A stretch of 29,488 nt of DNA from Fibrobacteria bacterium (GTDB lineage: Bacteria > Fibrobacterota > Chitinivibrionia > Chitinivibrionales > FEN-1185): positions 1 through 29,488 of the forward strand of contig JBBIGR010000054.1 in NCBI GenBank assembly GCA_037447435.1, in the 5' to 3' direction. The notes beneath the pieces were generated by a model. The model saw only the letters and a list, made by a program, of their open reading frames with translations. It searched no databases and was not told where the DNA came from. The position numbers and the translations under genes were made by a program. This document shows positions 27,701 to 29,488 of the stretch, in pieces. Numbering within the stretch: position 1 is the first letter of the stretch; every line of letters starts with the position of its first letter.

Positions 27701-27787
27701 CGAAATAAAGCCTAGTGCAAACGATGATGAAAATATTGCTAAAGCGATTAAAATCAATGCAATATATTGCTTTTTTAACAAATCCAT
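24767..27787 (-). CDS. Secreted M4 (thermolysin-like) metallopeptidase with FTP/PepSY propeptide, TolB-like propeller and T9SS-like C-terminal domain
   Basis: Signal peptide, NAYWNG, HELTH, GALNESLAD and DNGGVH. Propeller-like repeats (PSVSDDGK, LSRDGK, PTFSKN). C-terminus GNGIYIIRM...KKAFISW. Confidence 0.93.
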   Translation of the reverse strand: MDLLKKQYIALILIALAIFSSSFALGFISTPPQSLNISPATNGPTALSDTLLIRYNENGNKPIYISGKIASNKAVSSVQKTSAADRKKLLCRQYLTQIRNTLKINNPAEEFDILELSDNEVSTGHYKIKQKYRGLSVLGAEATVHVHETYADFVGRTIATPSIDIVPSISPDNAIRLALADIASSGVALRILTEAEKTILDYAGPSAELLVFPVAENPDSALLAYQVLVRPNFVDWWEYVVDAKTGVVLFKCNRTCNAGDAVATVKDLRDSLRTIHAYLSDKYYLIDASRAMFNASKSQIPNTLSGALVTYDYQNKNPATSSFNLISNTQNSWSPTAVSAQYNASLAYEYYKNTHGRNSINGNGGSILSFINVADQTGNAMDNAYWNGKGMFYGNGSKLFYPLAAALDVAGHELTHGVVEATAALRYTGQSGALNESLADIFGCMMDRSNWKMGETVVRPGIYPSNALRDLSNPHNGTTKGKQGWQPQSMAEFQILPNTTAGDNGGVHINDGITNYAYYLFATTVGKDKAEKVFYRTLTTYLGASSQFVDLRIGAILACDDIFGKGSAEETALAAAFDKVQIFDNTPQVTHQNDLPINPGKEFVLLTSAPPAADGTTLYIADSAFGSLKSVSKRQVKFRPSVSDDGKTALFVSWDKKLIALSLDANPVTETIIDSTKIWSLCALSRDGKRFAAVKEVKDTSIYIGSMSGGPMHRFNLNGPADSNAHVITGAVFSSALEWNFSGEEVIYDVYNSLSGSNGTSITNWDIGFLCSWDQQTNTYGDGEVNKLFNNLPDGISVGNPTFSKNSPNIIAYESIDNSTHAVSVTTMNMETRKSIVTASTAFPGYPCFSKRDDKIAFSTINGTDTVVSTIGLNADKQTPSGSPVIKVRKMKWPVYFAMGTRAIPSQQHPNSSAVSVTAGFDLRIISCKYGLKALIVSGNQSTVSITIARADGKIIKNDLVYTGSRTVPYDCRASSFSGKTPGNGIYIIRMQSSQGAIVKKAFISW

Positions 27788-27927
27788 TCACTACCTCTAA
27801 GGGTAAAGATGCGAAAAAACAGCTTTTGTTTTCTAATTATACGAAATAAATATACGGAAATCTTTAATTTTTTGCTTTAAGTTTTGATAGAGGTACTTAA
27901 TGCGAAGGATATAAAAACATACAGGAA

Positions 27928-27962
27928 AATGATGCGCCGCTATTCAATAGCGGCGCATCATT
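27928..27962 (-). terminator. Intrinsic terminator of glgC
   Basis: Perfect inverted repeat AATGATGCGCCGCTATT-C-AATAGCGGCGCATCATT just after the glgC stop, running into TTTTCCTG on the minus strand. Confidence 0.8.
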
Positions 27963-27967
27963 ATTCA

Positions 27968-29227
27968 TTACAGGACATATCGGGGCGGAACATTAACGCC
28001 TTTGGGAACAATAATGATCCCGTCGCGGATCACTATTCCGTCTTTTTCACCATTGACAATAGAGTCTTTGTTTATGAGCACGGCGCCGTCGCCGATACAG
28101 ACGTCCTTATCGATGATCGCATTTCGTATATGACAATTTTGGCCCACGCCCGAACAGGGTCCTTTTTTTGATTCCGCAGCATACGAATCTGCACCCATGA
28201 AAACCACACGGGACAAATGGCTGCCGTCTCGGATTATGGATCGCACGCCGATGACGCTGTCGGTTATTTTTGCATTTTCGATCATGGATCCCTCGCAAAT
28301 AATAGACGCGTCGATGTTGGACCCGGTAATTTTCGCGGCAGGCAAAAAACGGGCATTTGTAAAAATCGGATGAGCCTGATCGTAAAAATTAAAGGGAGGA
28401 TTTGCCGACGTCATAGCAATATGCGCATCAAAGAAAGCTTTTATGGTACCGATATCCTCCCAATACCCTGAAAACGGGAACGCATATACCCGATGGGTTT
28501 TCATTGCTGCGGGGATTATTTGTTTTCCGAAATCGTCGAAGTCGTATTTTTTCAAAACATCGAAAAGAACTTCTTTGTTAAAAAGATATACCCCCATGGA
28601 ACCGAAATGGGTGCACTGTTCTTTACCGAAGTCTGCTTTTTTCAGCAATTTTTCCGGTATTTGATAATCCTTGATCGTGGCTTCGTCCTTTGGCTTTTCG
28701 ATAAAATCAAGTATCCGGTGGTCTGTGTCCATTTTCAAAACCCCGAGTTCGCTCACCTGCGAACGGGGAACCGGCAATGCGCTGATGGTGATATCGGCAT
28801 TGTGGGACCGATGAAAATCGATGAATTGCGTAAAATCCATTCTGTAAAGATGGTCGCCCGACAACAGCAACACGGTATCGCCGGCATCGCGGAAATTTGC
28901 AAGGTTTTTGCGGACCGCATCGGCTGTTCCCTGATACCATCCTTTATTGTCTACCGTTTGCGAGGCCGCAAGTACCGAGACAAAGCCGCCCGAAAAGGCG
29001 TCGAGACGGTAGGCCTGGAAAATATGACGGTGCAGCGATTCCGAGGCAAATTGGGTAAGTACCCATATCGTCCTGATTCCGTGATGAAGGCAATTGGAAA
29101 TTGGAATATCGATAAGGCGGAATTTGCCGCCGATCGGGACTGCCGGTTTTGAACGTGATTTGGTGAGCGGGTGCAGGCGGCTGCCTTGGCCTCCTGCAAG
29201 AATAATTGATGTCACGTTTTGGTCCAT
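27968..29227 (-). CDS. glgC: Glucose-1-phosphate adenylyltransferase (ADP-glucose pyrophosphorylase)
   Basis: ILAGGQGSRLHPLT..RSKPAVPIGGKFRLIDI, WYQGTADAV, LSGDHLYRMD, FIEKP and YWEDIGT. C-terminal left-handed beta-helix. Confidence 0.97.
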   Translation of the reverse strand: MDQNVTSIILAGGQGSRLHPLTKSRSKPAVPIGGKFRLIDIPISNCLHHGIRTIWVLTQFASESLHRHIFQAYRLDAFSGGFVSVLAASQTVDNKGWYQGTADAVRKNLANFRDAGDTVLLLSGDHLYRMDFTQFIDFHRSHNADITISALPVPRSQVSELGVLKMDTDHRILDFIEKPKDEATIKDYQIPEKLLKKADFGKEQCTHFGSMGVYLFNKEVLFDVLKKYDFDDFGKQIIPAAMKTHRVYAFPFSGYWEDIGTIKAFFDAHIAMTSANPPFNFYDQAHPIFTNARFLPAAKITGSNIDASIICEGSMIENAKITDSVIGVRSIIRDGSHLSRVVFMGADSYAAESKKGPCSGVGQNCHIRNAIIDKDVCIGDGAVLINKDSIVNGEKDGIVIRDGIIIVPKGVNVPPRYVL

Positions 29228-29488
29228 ACTGCACTGTCCTGTCTGAGTTGAATGGGGGGTGCTAAGTAGTTTTACCTTATAGCATAGCCGTAATTTAACA
29301 ATTCGAATTCATGGTGTTTATAATGAAATAAAATAATACAGGGGAAAGTTCACCGGTATTAATAGCAATTGACGGCTTACGGCTTAAAAGGGAAAACACA
29401 TCGAAATTATCAATTTGCCCTTTCAAGCGGAAGGTGGTCAAGTCCTAAAAAATGTTTACAGTTTTTTGTTTTTAATTGTGTGTATTGT

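Noticed and set aside
28493..29152. 219-aa ORF antisense to glgC, and similar antisense ORFs at 9822-10358, 23088-23687 and 7472-7963
   Set aside because: They lie largely or wholly opposite well-supported genes and have no recognisable motifs.
1..29488. CRISPR array, tRNA/rRNA, transposase, prophage, retron or defence genes
   Set aside because: No regularly spaced direct repeats, cloverleafs or relevant protein motifs were found by eye.

Overview
Gene-dense bacterial chromosomal window with no recognisable transposase, integrase, phage gene or CRISPR array. The gene content (FlgD-Ig/T9SS-like C-terminal domains, a PorV-like protein, a kinase-less PASTA protein, many TPR proteins and lipoproteins) suggests a diderm FCB-group bacterium, plausibly Fibrobacterota; this is inference only. 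Left to right: the 3' end of a secreted protein; a minus-strand group (GT2 glycosyltransferase, radical SAM enzyme, two paralogous beta-helix proteins); a seven-gene plus-strand envelope cluster (AMIN-like anchored protein, 1222-aa TPR protein, Crp, 3xPASTA, TPR lipoprotein, LolB/DUF4292-like lipoprotein, PorV-like); a small Zn-ribbon/Tudor-like protein; fmt-rsmB, then lipoproteins and a STAS protein; a single-POTRA Omp85 gene downstream of RNase P RNA (rnpB); a NAT-family acyltransferase, DUF4416, yciB, a MATE transporter, an M4 protease and glgC. The least explained elements are a ~98-nt hairpin with a competing alternative pairing at 21046-21143, the Zn-ribbon plus PcrA/UvrD-type Tudor protein, the Crp-PASTA coupling, and a possible leader-peptide attenuator before the MATE gene. 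No clearly new system can be proven from sequence alone. All family assignments come from motif recognition by eye, not database searches.
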